DNA of 63,917 nt, filler included, from Pirum gemmata (taxonomy: Eukaryota), in the NCBI GenBank assembly GCA_002812295.1. It is 14 parts of 14 records of this genome, joined end to end, with 100 filler letters (N's around TTAATTAATTAA, not from the genome) between each part and the next. Parts side by side here need not be neighbours in the genome. Positions count along the whole stretch, not along the records: positions 49,600 to 54,841 come from PDIN01001177.1; positions 54,942 to 59,380 come from PDIN01001178.1; positions 59,481 to 63,917 come from PDIN01001179.1; 11 more parts are not named here. One strand, written 5' to 3'. Every line of letters starts with the position of its first letter. Positions within the stretch are counted from its first letter, which is position 1. The notes beneath the pieces were generated by a model. The model saw only the letters and a list, made by a program, of their open reading frames with translations. It was not told the DNA's origin and searched no databases. The translations under genes were made by a program, and so were the position numbers. This document shows, one piece after another, positions 50,164 through 62,887 of the stretch.

Positions 50164-51138
50164 ATGATGTTCTCTAAAGTTGCAGTCCAACTCATTGCCT
50201 TCAATGTAGTTAGTACTTATGCATTGAGCGTTCCACAAAACCAAAATGTAGCCCTAGCTCAACAATTACAAGCACAAGACCATATGGTATTAGAAAGACG
50301 TGGTTTATGGGAGGATTTGAAAGATATCGGAAAAGACATTAAAAACGGTGCCAAAAATGTAAAGTATGAAACTCAAAAAGCTTTTTATGAAGAGAAAATC
50401 AAGCAAGACAAATTGGACCAAGAGAAAGTGGAATTCTTTGAGACTAAAGAGTTTAAAGATGCTTTTGACGAAGGTGAAAAAAATGGAAATTGGGGTGACA
50501 TGGAAAAGGTTTTGAAAGAAAAAAGTGATGATAAAGAAGGTGTAAAAGATGTCAAGGATAAAATTGATGATTATTTTGGAAGCGGTATTCAAAGGGGAAT
50601 TTTTAAAGGTGCAACCAATAGAGGCAAAGCAGATCTGATTGAAAGTCACATTGATGCCGCAAAAAAAGGAGCCTCTGAATTAAAAGAAGATGAAAGAAAG
50701 TTGGAAGAAGTTAAAGAAAAGATGAAAGACATGGACGATGAAAAAAGAAAAGAATTGGAAGCGAAAGTAAACAAATACGAAGCAAGAAGTAAGTTCTTTA
50801 AGTCTGACAAGTTTCAGGATGCTCTTAAGAAAGGTGAAGAAGACGGAAAATGGGAAGACATGAAAAATTTATTGAAGGAAAAAACTAACAATAAAGATTT
50901 AGCTGATTACAAAGACGATATTGATGATTTATTTGGAAATGGCGTTCAGGCAGCAGTTTTTAAAAACCTTAAAGACGAAGACAAGGCCGAATTTATTTCT
51001 AAAACTTATGTGAAAGAAACAGAGCAAAAATTGAAAGCCGCCAAAAATGATTTAGACGACCTTAACAACAGCGCTGCCGGTATGAGCGCTTCTATGCTTT
51101 TAGCATGTGGTGCATTGCTTTGCCAATACATGTTTTAA
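50164..51138 (+). CDS. Secreted, probably GPI-anchored helical K/D/E-rich protein with two internal repeats of about 72 aa and a dibasic (ERR) processing site, 324 aa
   Basis: Signal peptide; LERR|GLWEDL; repeats FFETKEFKDAFDEGEKNGNWGDMEKVLKEK...IDDYFGSGIQ.GIFK and FFKSDKFQDALKKGEEDGKWEDMKNLLKEK...IDDLFGNGVQ.AVFK, 120 aa apart; C-terminal NSAAG plus hydrophobic tail. Confidence 0.85.
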   Translation: MMFSKVAVQLIAFNVVSTYALSVPQNQNVALAQQLQAQDHMVLERRGLWEDLKDIGKDIKNGAKNVKYETQKAFYEEKIKQDKLDQEKVEFFETKEFKDAFDEGEKNGNWGDMEKVLKEKSDDKEGVKDVKDKIDDYFGSGIQRGIFKGATNRGKADLIESHIDAAKKGASELKEDERKLEEVKEKMKDMDDEKRKELEAKVNKYEARSKFFKSDKFQDALKKGEEDGKWEDMKNLLKEKTNNKDLADYKDDIDDLFGNGVQAAVFKNLKDEDKAEFISKTYVKETEQKLKAAKNDLDDLNNSAAGMSASMLLACGALLCQYMF

Positions 51139-51497
51139 TTTTTTTTTTAAAATTTTGTAATTTATTTTTAAGACAAATATAAACTTTACAAGTTTGTATA
51201 ATATAATAATGCTCGTTCTTTTTTTTTTTTCGTTTCCAATAAAGATCAATGCATTTCGTTTCCCATTTCAGATTAATTAAAAAAAACCAAACCATAAAAT
51301 TGTTGTTGTTAACCTCGAGGTCGAGGTTGCTGTTTTGTTGTAAATTAGAATACATTATTATTTATTTTAAAAACTAAAAAAATTAATTGCCAATATTGTA
51401 ATGTCTTATAAATATAAAAATGATGCTAGTCATAGCTATTTGGTGTATAGATCGGGGGGACTCTTTTGAGTGTGGGGGTAACTGGGTGAGTAATCTA

Positions 51498-52373
51498 TCA
51501 TAGTCTATCTGGCAAGTCACTACCTTCGGTGTAGTCTGGGTTTGGATAAGGCTGCACTGTTTCAGGCCAAACTAAGGACATAAACCAGACCGCAAACGGA
51601 CCACCAAAGACAATTCCTGCTGTTCCAACAAGAAAAGCTATAATTGCTCTTGGGCCTAATGATAGAATACCTTTAATGTCTACACTTAAACATAATAAGC
51701 ATAAAATAGCGGGTAAGAAATAATGCGAAGCAACGCCACCCAATTCATTGTCACGGTTGATCGCATCAAATGAACCCAGTAAACCGGGAAGAAAGTAACA
51801 TAGAAACAAACCAGGCACAAACGTATAAAAAACCTCAATAATCCATATTCCGGATTTTTGCGTAGAAAAGATAAAAGTCAAAATCATAAACAATACCCCA
51901 AGGACAACTTCAGTGGTTTGAATCACAGGTTTTTCTTGACTATAATCACCCGCAATTCCCATTATTAAAAATGTAAGATAACATATAACAATAGTACTGT
52001 TCATAGCCAACGACCATAGTAGCAACACTTTATCATCTGCACTAAATTTTTTCATCGACATTTTTTCTTTGAACATAACTTTAAAACTTTTTTTCTCTTT
52101 TTTATTGTTTTCCTCGTCGTCATCGTTGTCATCGTTGTCATCATCCTTATTGCTGCGAACACTAAAATTATCATTGCTAAAATTATCATTGCTGTAGCCA
52201 TCAATCCCATATGTATCTTCAGAAAGTTTTAACTCATTTTGAATTAAATCGAAGTTGCCGTGTTTTTCATCTTTGGTATTAAAATCATTAAGTTCTATAT
52301 CAACATGGTCTTCAATGACGATATTATCATGGTCAGAATCTGATGCACTTCGTGTACTGCTAAGTCTACTCAT
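51498..52373 (-). CDS. DUF819 (YjcL-like) multi-pass membrane protein, apparently C-terminally truncated, with an acidic N-terminal extension
   Basis: FYTFVPGLFLCYFLPGLLGSF...VASHYFLPAILCLLCLSVDIKGILSLGPRAIIAFLVGTAGIVFGGP matches the N-terminal half of DUF819 proteins as I recall them. The ORF stops before the expected GSWIGG motif. Confidence 0.75.
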   Translation of the reverse strand: MSRLSSTRSASDSDHDNIVIEDHVDIELNDFNTKDEKHGNFDLIQNELKLSEDTYGIDGYSNDNFSNDNFSVRSNKDDDNDDNDDDEENNKKEKKSFKVMFKEKMSMKKFSADDKVLLLWSLAMNSTIVICYLTFLIMGIAGDYSQEKPVIQTTEVVLGVLFMILTFIFSTQKSGIWIIEVFYTFVPGLFLCYFLPGLLGSFDAINRDNELGGVASHYFLPAILCLLCLSVDIKGILSLGPRAIIAFLVGTAGIVFGGPFAVWFMSLVWPETVQPYPNPDYTEGSDLPDRL

Positions 52374-52689
52374 TATTAATTATATTATTATTTTTATATA
52401 ATATATTTTAAAAACAGAATTAATTATTATTAAATTATTAATAAAATAAATTATTTATTATTTATTTTATTTATTTATTTATTTATTGCTTTTTAGTATC
52501 GATATTTTGTTTGATTTTTTTAAATTTTTATTTTTTATTTTGCATTGATTTTTAAAATTAATAATATAATTTTTTTTTTGTTTTGTCTCTCTTTTTGAAG
52601 TTATTTATACCTTTAGTTGCTGTTGTCATCGTTGTTATTGTTGTTGTTGTTTCCGCACTCATTATTTTTATTTTTACTTTACATGGAAA

Positions 52690-52753
<64 letters not shown>

Positions 52754-53970
52754 TTGGTTTTTTTTTTTTTTTTTTTTTTGTACTACAATTAGACTAGGAT
52801 GCTGGATAAAAATGACGACACCCGCTATGTATGAGCCCAAAAATCCAGAAAATCTCAAAATGAGCCAATTTTTAAAAAAGTACTACCAAAATGTGAGGAA
52901 TCATCTAACTAATAAAACTCTATAATTAACCAATTCCTAGTTTTTAAAAATAATTTGGCTAGTTAGCAATAACATTAAAGGTTTTTAGAAAAGAAGTCTA
53001 AAAAAAATGATTTCTACAGTTTTACCCAGCTTTGCTGTTAAAAAATATAGTTAAAAAATGACATGTATATTATATGGGTGCAAACAATCTAAAAACGTCG
53101 AACTTTTTTTTTACTAATAAAAACGTCCTTTATGTTCGAACATTTCAAATCCATTAAAAACCTATTACATTATTTATGTTTGAAAACTGAAAAATCAAAT
53201 GAAACCCGAAAGAAAGTTGGGCGTTTTTCAATTGTTTGCACCATAACAGTTCCATAGCTATCATAATTGTACTCTTGATATAGTGCTTTTCAGTTGTTTT
53301 GTCATTATAAAGTATACAATAAATAGTACCAAATTAATATAATTTAAGTTCATTTATTCTAATTTGGTATATTTTGTTATTTGTATATTGATTTAAAATT
53401 GTCAATTTAAAGATTATAACCCTCCAAATAAATCAAATAAATATTTGGAGTGACAAAATAAATGAAATGCACGATAATAATAATAATTATTGTAATGTTC
53501 TCCAGAGCTCAAGATAAGCCTCTTCCAATTCTGCTCAAAGCCGAAATTCAGCCCTATTATTTTTTCCTTTTTTTCGGGTTTATAAATAAATCAATATACT
53601 AGAATACTTAACTGTTAGAATAAAAATTTTCGAACTTATTTAATTAATGCATAGGCTCGAAAACTCGATTTTTTTAAAAAACAAAGTAGAATTGCAGAGC
53701 AGAATTGGGAGAAGCCTGGCTTAAGATCCCAAGGATTTCCAAAAACAAAACAAAAAAAAAAAATAGTTGGAGAAATGAACTTTTTCGTTGGATACATTTT
53801 GGTTGTGATTTTTGGTTGGATAAAGTTTGGTTGGCCACCATCTCCATTGCCAATGAGTGGTTGGAATTCAACCGAGTAAACGGGCTTATCGCTTGGTGCT
53901 AGTGACAGTAAACCTAGTATGATAATGTTATTTTTATAATAATAATATACATAATATAATATATATGATA

Positions 53971-54005
<35 letters not shown>

Positions 54006-54347
54006 GTTATTATTGTTATTATTATTATTATTATTATTANTAATAATAATAATAATAATAATAGTATTATTAATAGTAATATTAATAGATTAATATTAAT
54101 ATTGAGTTTAATAGTAATTACTATTTTTATTACTATTAATATCATTATTAATAGATTAATTAATATTAATATTAATAGTAATTACTATTATTATTGCTAC
54201 TAATAAGAACAGTAATAATAAGTTTTTAGTATTATAAAAAGAGCATGGTGCGTATGTTTAGATACTAATAACCGAAGAGATTAGAATGAACAAGTCAAAT
54301 AAAAATTATTGTACAACGTACTAATGTTTATTATTACTTTCATGTAG

Positions 54348-54737
54348 ATGGAAATACTAGGTTATGTGTTGATATTGGCTTCGGTCCAACAACAGATTTA
54401 ACAACAACAACAGTAACAGCAACAGATACTATCGTAACAACAACAGTAATATCATCCTCATCATCATCATCATCATCATCATTGTCGTCATCGACAGCCA
54501 CCACTACATCATCAAGTACGTCATCATCTTCATCATCAATCCCAACCTCAAGCACTTCCTCTTCCATTGCAACCTCTACGTCAACACCAGCTTTTAGTAC
54601 GACATCTACGTCATCAGCAAACACAATTACTACTACTGCAACGCCTGTTTCATCCACATCTGCTTCTTCAACTACTGGGCAAAGTGTGACATCAACTTCT
54701 GGCAATTCGGTTTCTAGTAACAGTAGCTTATCAACTG
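54348..54737 (+). CDS. Internal exon encoding a Ser/Thr-rich (mucin-like) stalk
   Basis: TACTAAT branch-like site, then catgtag| acceptor; open frame GNTRLCVDIGFGPTTDLTTTTVT...SSNSSLST; donor ACTG|gtattt. Confidence 0.6.
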
Positions 54738-54787
54738 GTATTTTGCTTTAAGAATGATATTATTGCTAAGTGTTTTCAAATATTTAA

Positions 54788-54821
<34 letters not shown>

Positions 54822-55723
54822 CTTAACTCTAACCTTGGCCCNNNNNNNNNNNNNNNNNNNNNNNNNNNNNNNNNNNNNNNNNNNNTTAATTAATTAANNN
54901 NNNNNNNNNNNNNNNNNNNNNNNNNNNNNNNNNNNNNNNNNTTATTATTAAAAAACTGAGTATCAGTGTTGTTATTGTTAGGGCTTTTGTGAGTGTATAT
55001 TACTTCAGAAGGCATAACCATGTTTATTTTATTTGAATGAAAGAGAGAAAAAAACACCTGGGAAATAAGCTGTGTATATACACCAGACAATATACAACCA
55101 GAAATGAAAAGTAAATAATATGATAAACAACAATATTATTATATAGATAGACTATGTCAAGTAATTTATGTAAGTAGATAAAAAAAAACAAAAAAAAACA
55201 AAAAAAACAAGAGAGAAAAGGGGAAAAAAAATAAAAAAAAAATAAGAAATTTTTATTCATATATCATTCATACCTATAAATACTTTTTCTGATAGCAGTT
55301 TTTTAGCCGCCTTTTTGCAGGCTTTTTTAATTTTCCAAAAAAAAAATATTACAGGTAAATTTATTTTTAGCTTTTTCTTTTAACAGCCAGGCCGGATAAA
55401 TTTGCAGAAATCATTTTTTTAAGACTTCATTTATATGTCATAAAATTTTTAATTTTAACTAGCGAAATTATTTTTAAAAACTGGCCATTGGTTCATAATA
55501 GAGTATTATTAGTTATTTAATTTCTCAAAATTTGGTAGTACTTATATTAAAATTGGAGCATTTTGAGATTTTTGAATTTTTGAGCTCATATGGCAGATGT
55601 CGCCATTTTTATCCGGCTTGGTAAAAAAAAAATTTAATAACTAATTCTACTGAATAAAATACTAAGCGGTCTGGCTATGAGCCTATGACACTCGAGTAGC
55701 TACTGGTAGCAGATGAGCAGATT

Positions 55724-55762
<39 letters not shown>

Positions 55763-56189
55763 CCGGATAAAAATTACGACATCTCCCATAAAATGAGAGC
55801 TCAAAAATCCAAAAAAACTCAAAATGAACCAATTTTAATTAAAGTACTACCAAATTGTTAGAAATAATATGACTAATAAAACTCTATTTTAAACCAATAG
55901 CTAGTTTTTTTAAAAAAATTGGCTAGCTAGTATTAAAGATTTTTAGAAAAAAAGTCTAAAAAAAATAAATTTCTACCGCTTACCTAGCTTAGCTACGATA
56001 TTTAAAAAAAAAAAATTAATGAGGCCCTTACCCCCTAGCTACTATATAAAAACTAGCTGGCTAACTAGCTAGCTAGCTAGCTAGAGTACTCAGTGGAGTG
56101 TTTTTGAAGTTTGAACTCATCGTCAGTCTAGCTAGCTAGCTACTAGAGCTATGATAGCTGGTTAGTCTAGCTAAATGATTATGATTATG

Positions 56190-56335
56190 ATTATGATTTT
56201 ATGATTATGATTATGATTGATTATAATAATAATTATACATGATGATGATTATGATGATGATTATGATTGATTATAATAATAATTATACATGATGATGATG
56301 ATGATGATTATGATTGATCATAATAATAATTATAC

Positions 56336-56375
<40 letters not shown>

Positions 56376-56385
56376 CGACGATGAC
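56190..56385 (+). repeat. Compound (GATTAT/GAT)n microsatellite with a three-fold unit of about 55 bp
   Basis: gattgattataataataattatacatgatgatgat occurs three times. Confidence 0.8.
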
Positions 56386-56997
56386 TAGAGTGGCTGAGTT
56401 TGAACTTTGAATAGCAGTAGTCAATCAACCCTATCAGATACTATGATAACATAATAGACATATAGTAGCTCATATAGTCTATATAATACACAGAATTTCT
56501 ATCATACCAGAACTAAGACCCAGAAGTGTTAGAAGACTGCCAGAAGTCAACACAACCAGGCAAACTTGCAAAACTAAAATAGAATGGCATCCTACATCCC
56601 AATATAGACGACAACTTCCAACAACATCCATAACAACGACTATAACGCTATAATATTATAATTAGGAAATATTATAATTAGGAATAAACGTTAAGAATTG
56701 ATATTTATACAACAAAAGAACAATACAAATTAATAATTCCTAATCATAGACTATATATTATTATGGTATTATTATGGAAAGTACAACAAGTTAAAACCGA
56801 ACGTCAATCGAATCATTAACTTATACTTAATAGGGTAGATTGTAACCAACTCCAATTTTTTCTTTTGTGGACCTCACCGAAGAGGTGCATAAAATTTACT
56901 TAGTCCGCAAAACCCACACAAATATATAAAAGGAAAGGTTGGAGGTCTACAAAGGGCACGTAGCTAAACCAAGACAGTTACGACAGTTAATATACAC

Positions 56998-57186
56998 TTT
57001 TTTTTTTTTTTTTTTTATTTATGTAGTTTTCGCACATCGTTCNNNNNNNNNNNNNNNNNNNNNNNNNNNNNGATCTAGCACCCTTTCTTTTTTGTTTCGA
57101 CATTTGACAGTGCTGGCAGCGGATCGAACCGCTAACCTTTAGGTTTTGAGACTCCGCTCTAAACCAAGGAGCCACATTTACCCCGA
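56998..57186 (-). mobile_element. tRNA-derived SINE-like element with poly(A) tail (contains a small N gap)
   Basis: Minus strand reads GTGGCTCCTTGGTTTAGAGC (A box, D-arm GCTC/GAGC) ... AGCGGTTCGATCCGCT (B box, T-arm), then a short body and AAATAAAAAAAAAAAAAAAAAAA. Acceptor and anticodon stems do not pair. Confidence 0.7.
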
Positions 57187-59043
57187 CTATTAATATTAAT
57201 AATATTTATATTATGATATTTTTAAAATAATAATATCATACTAATATTAATATTAAAAAAATTAATAATATCGATATTATTTATATATATTGAAAACTAG
57301 CTAGCTCTAGCTACTAGCTAGTAGTAGTAGAGAGTCAAGTCACAAGACTACTCCTCTAGCTAGTTCTAGCTAGCTAGACTAGTAGTAGATTCCTCTAGCT
57401 AGCTCTAGCTAGCTAGCTACTAGCTAGCTAGACTAGTAGTAGTTACTAGTATGATAGTAGCTAGTAGTAGCTAGCTAGCTATCAATATGATACTATCATA
57501 CTAGCTAGAGTCTACTAACTCAACATAAAAAATTGAACGTCTTATTTATTATGATATAAATAAATGACTCTTTTATATATTTTGTGCTAAATTTCATTTA
57601 TTTTGTCACTCCAAATATTTATTTGGTTGGTTATGATACTTAAATTGACTTTTTTAAATGAATAAATAGATAATAAAATATACCAAATTAAATGAAATAG
57701 ATTTATATTATATTAATTTGGTATTCTTTATTAATTGTAACAACTGAAAAACAACGATATAATATTATAATTATGTATTGATAGTATATAATGTATATCA
57801 TGCCAGTGAGCTACTAGCTAGTTAGTTGGGGTGTGGTCTTGGAATATGTAGTCGATATCACAATATGATACGACTATATATAATAAATATGATATTGATA
57901 ATTACAAATTTACAATACCGAAGTGCTAGTCTAAATTTATAAAAATATTATGACACAAATTGCAACTGTTTACCAATTATTACCAGTCAAATACCTATCG
58001 ATATCATGATTAGAATCATGATGATACCCATCAAACTCCTATTAATGACACATGCATATGGATCAGTTCATGGATCTGTAATATTAAAAACCATGAGACC
58101 CAAGGGAAAGTTTTTTGGGTCTCATGATAAAATTGTTTCGAAATATTTATAAACACATTATAATTTATAACACTATTATAACAACTATTATAACAGTATC
58201 TCCCCTAACCTTTTAACCCTAACCCTAACCCGAACCCTAACCCCTAACCCTATCCCTAACTAGCTATCGATAGCTAGTAGAACCCAAGAACCCCAAGGAA
58301 AAATACTGGAAAAATCCTGATTCCTGCCTCTGACTAAACCCTAAAATTTATCATAGTAGAACTATAGTAGACTACTTATGATACTACCTAGTACCTAGTA
58401 CCTACTAGCTCTAGCTAACTCATCAGGGATAGCTCATCAGGGATACTAACTAAGCTGTTGCAACAGTGTTGCAACTTACATTAATAATAATATCGTGCTT
58501 TTCATTTATTTTGTCACTTTGAATATTTATTTGGAGGTTATAATCTTTACATTGACATTTTTAATCAATACATAGATAATAAAATATATCAAATTAAATT
58601 AAATGGATTTATATTGTATTAATTTTTGGTACTATTTATTGTTTATTTTATGATGACAAAACAACTGAAAAGCATTTTATAACTATTTTATATACAACTT
58701 TATTTATGATAATATTATCCTGTCTCTAGTTAGCTAGCTATGATAGAGTCTTATGATAGTTAGCTAGAGAGTAGTAGTTCTATGATATGCGTACTCAATA
58801 TCGATACTATCTATCATAGTAGCTAGCTAGCTAGCTATATCATAGTAGAATCTGATAGTATCAGATAGTTTTTCTCCAATTTCTCTCGATCTTTTTCATC
58901 ACTACTATATAATAACCTTTATTATGATACTATGATACTACCAGTACCAGTCTACCCCCCCCAGTAGTCTTAGTCTACAGACTAGTCTAGTCATCAATCT
59001 TTCAAGAGTCATCCATCATGTTTCTACTTTCTATAGGTCATAT

Positions 59044-59105
<62 letters not shown>

Positions 59106-60238
59106 GATCTATTCAGCTAGCTAGCTAGCTAGCTAACTAGCTACTAAGCGGCTAAGCGTGGCTAAGCCTGATTCAGTTTTTTGTTTTTTGATCACTTTTT
59201 CCTTTTTCGCTCTAGCTACTAAGCTAGCTGGCTAGCTAGCTGCTAGCTAGAGTAGAGACTAGCTAGCGAGAGAGCAACTCTCGATTCTGAATTTCTGTTT
59301 TTTTTTGTTGGCATTCCTTCATTTTTATTCATAACACACGGCGATTTATCTATTATGTGCTCTTATTATTATCATATAATNNNNNNNNNNNNNNNNNNNN
59401 NNNNNNNNNNNNNNNNNNNNNNNNTTAATTAATTAANNNNNNNNNNNNNNNNNNNNNNNNNNNNNNNNNNNNNNNNNNNNATAATATAATATTAATAATA
59501 ATAATAATATTTTAACAATAATAATTTTCTTCACAAACAATAAATGTACTTTACTTACTATATATAGACAGTGTCATATAATTAGTAATAATAATCATTA
59601 GTAAGAGAATAATAATTATCTAAAAAAAGTAATGATATTAATCTTTTTGGGAGCTTAGTTTTCACATTTAGTATTTTTTCCTACATATGCATGGTATTAA
59701 TAATTTGTATCACTTTGCCTCCGCTTATTTACAGATAAATCATAATCTATATATCTATATATAGTAAAACTCCCCCCAGCCGCCAATACCAGGTAGTTCC
59801 TGTCAGAAAATGAATAAAATATTACTAAAAATAGTTCATATACTACTAAAAGTATATATTGCATTTTTTTTAAACGAGCAACGATTGGAAAAAAAATCCA
59901 AAAAAAATTCAACTTTCAAGTGTGCTTTAAAAAAAAAAAAAAGTGTCAAAGTGTCAAAGTGTGTATACGTACATCACAGCATCACAGCTCATTAAAAGCT
60001 TCTACTAGTTAGATAAAAGCTTAGTAGTACTGTAATTGGGTTGGGGACCTTGGGGTACTTGGGGTTAGATAATAATTATTTATAATAAAATAATAATGAT
60101 TATAATAAATATATCATACTCGTAGTATTTTTAAAATATTTTTTATGTAATATTTTAATTAATTTTTAAATTATTAATGGAACATAATTATATAACTATT
60201 ATATATATATCAGATAGTCTATACTACTACTACTAGTT

Positions 60239-60292
<54 letters not shown>

Positions 60293-62887
60293 TAGCTGCT
60301 ACTACTACTATTACTACTACTACTACTACTAGTTCTACTACTTCTACTACTACTACTATTAATTTTTAAATTATTAATGGAACATAATTATATATATATC
60401 AGATAGTCTATACTACTACTACTAGTTCTACTACTACTACAACTACTACTACTACTGTAATATAAAAAAAAATGCTATTATGCTGACTAGCCAAATTATT
60501 TTTAAAAACTAGCTATTGGTAGTTTCTCTATTAGTTCATAATAGAGTTTTCTTAGCTATCATAGAAGATTAAATTTCATAAAATTTGGTATTTGGATCCA
60601 TCCGTCGCCATTTTTATCTGGTTTGAAAGTTTTCTGCGAATTTTTATCGTCCACTTTCTAAAGAATCTTGACTGCCGAAACAAATTAAATTTTTAAAATG
60701 TTTCTTTCATTAAAAAATTGGAATTGATTGATAACTCTCTTAACACATTTTCCCTATAAATTACTTTAATTAAAATTACACTTTTAAAAAAATGTTGAAA
60801 TTATTTCTCTTCTCTTTCGAAAATTTTGCCGCAACTAGGTCTATGAAAAAAAAACAGGTTATCAGCAAAAGTTCTGTATATATAATTCAAGGACCCAAGG
60901 AGTTCAAGAAAAATTTCTTGAACTTGAATTTTTTTTTAAAAGCCTTTGATTTATGCATATGATATTAATATCATGCTTTTTATTTATTTTGTCACTTTGA
61001 ATATTTATTTGGAGGGTTATAATATTTAAATTGGCATTTTTAAATCAATACACAGATAATAAAATATACCAAATTAAATTAAATAGACTTATATTGTATT
61101 AATTTGGTACTATTTAATTGTTTATTTTATGATGACAAAACAACTGAAAAGCACTATAGATAGATAGGGATCATAGGTATCATAATAATGTAAACAGTTT
61201 TATAATATTATATTATAGGGAGTAGAGTAAGTACAACAGTATTACCACTCAGATAAACCACTGATAGCGAATATAAATTATTTATTTATTATTATGATAT
61301 AAAAATTTTTAAAATGGGTGAAAGAAATAATTGAAGGTCCTCTAGCCAGAGTGTAGCTAGCTAGTGGTATCAATGATAGCAGTAGCTGAGGTAGCTGAGC
61401 CCTCTTCTAGCTAGCTAGCTAGCTGGCTAGCTAGTAGAGTCTAAGTAGCTAGACTTCTCCGAATTCTGCCCGGGCAGAATTTGGCCTTTTTCGAGAAATG
61501 ACAAAATGGTGTTTTTCCTTTCTAACTCGATCAAAAATTAATTTTTTGAAAAAAAGAAAAAGGAGATTGATTCTATCATACCACTCACTATAAAAATTTA
61601 AACTCGAAATTTTCAAACCAATGTATTTATTAATGAACTCGAAAAATTAATTTCGAACAGATCAAACAGACCAGAAATTCTGCTCGGCAGAAATCGAGCT
61701 TTTCAGGGCAGAAGGCAGAAGGCAGAAGCAGAAAGTCGATTTAGGGGCAGAATTCGGAGAAATCTAAAGTAGGCTAGCCCTAACCCCTAACTAACCCTAC
61801 TACTATCATCTGATATTATACAAATAATAATTTATACTCAGTTCCCATTTTCACCTTTTTCAAAAAAATCCAATCCTATCAAGAGTCAAGAGTCAAGAGT
61901 CAAGACCTCTGTCAAAAAATATCTCAATAATTTCATCTTTCATTGGGCAAATATTTTTTTTTGGAATTTTTTTTCGAACCTTACTAAAAACTTACATTTG
62001 ACTTACTAATTTGTTAAAAAAACAAAATACGGAATCTGTAGGTCTTTAAAAATAATATTGAAGGTCTACAACTGAGGTCTACAAAGTCTACAAAGTAGTA
62101 TAAACCGAACACCCCTAAGTAATAAATAAATAATTATTTAATTTTATTATTATTATTCTTACGGTACAAAAACTTATCGAGAAAAATCGATTTCTATTTT
62201 ATTTATTTATAAAACTTCGGATTTCTAAAAAGAACGGTGCCCCTTAAAAAAAAAACTCGTCGATAAAATTATTAACTATCAAACATAACTAAATACTATG
62301 TTCGAACAAATATTAGAGTATTTTCGAACACAAAACATGATTGATTTTCGAACATTAATAAAATATACAATAAATAGTACTAAATTAATACAATATAAAT
62401 CCAATTCATTTAATTTGGTATATTTTATTATATATTTATTTATTTAAAAGTATCAGTTTTTAATATTATAAACAACCAAATTAATATTCGCAAAATAAAT
62501 TGATATTTTCTATGGATGATTTTATTGGTTAAAAATATTTGGGATGCGATTACTGAGAATCATTACTCAATTATTACTCCTTGGTTGAAATTAATAACTA
62601 TTATTTATAATTAGTCTAACTAACCAAGTGCTAGTTTTAAAAAATTAACACATGCCTTATTTATTACGTCATTTATATTACGTCATAAACACTGTTATCG
62701 TCATTATTTTTTTTTCACTTCATTTTATTTTATTATTTTAAAAAATAATATTTTATTATGTTTTTTCCTTGTTGAACAGGATTCGTTTTTAACTTACGCT
62801 TATATTCTTTCATTGCATCGGGGGTTACATGTATAATAATCTTGAATGTGAAATCGTTGATGGCACATTAAACAAAAAATAATTGTA

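Noticed and set aside
57105..57182. Functional tRNA gene
   Set aside because: Acceptor and anticodon stems do not pair and the T-loop is one base short, so it is treated as a SINE head.
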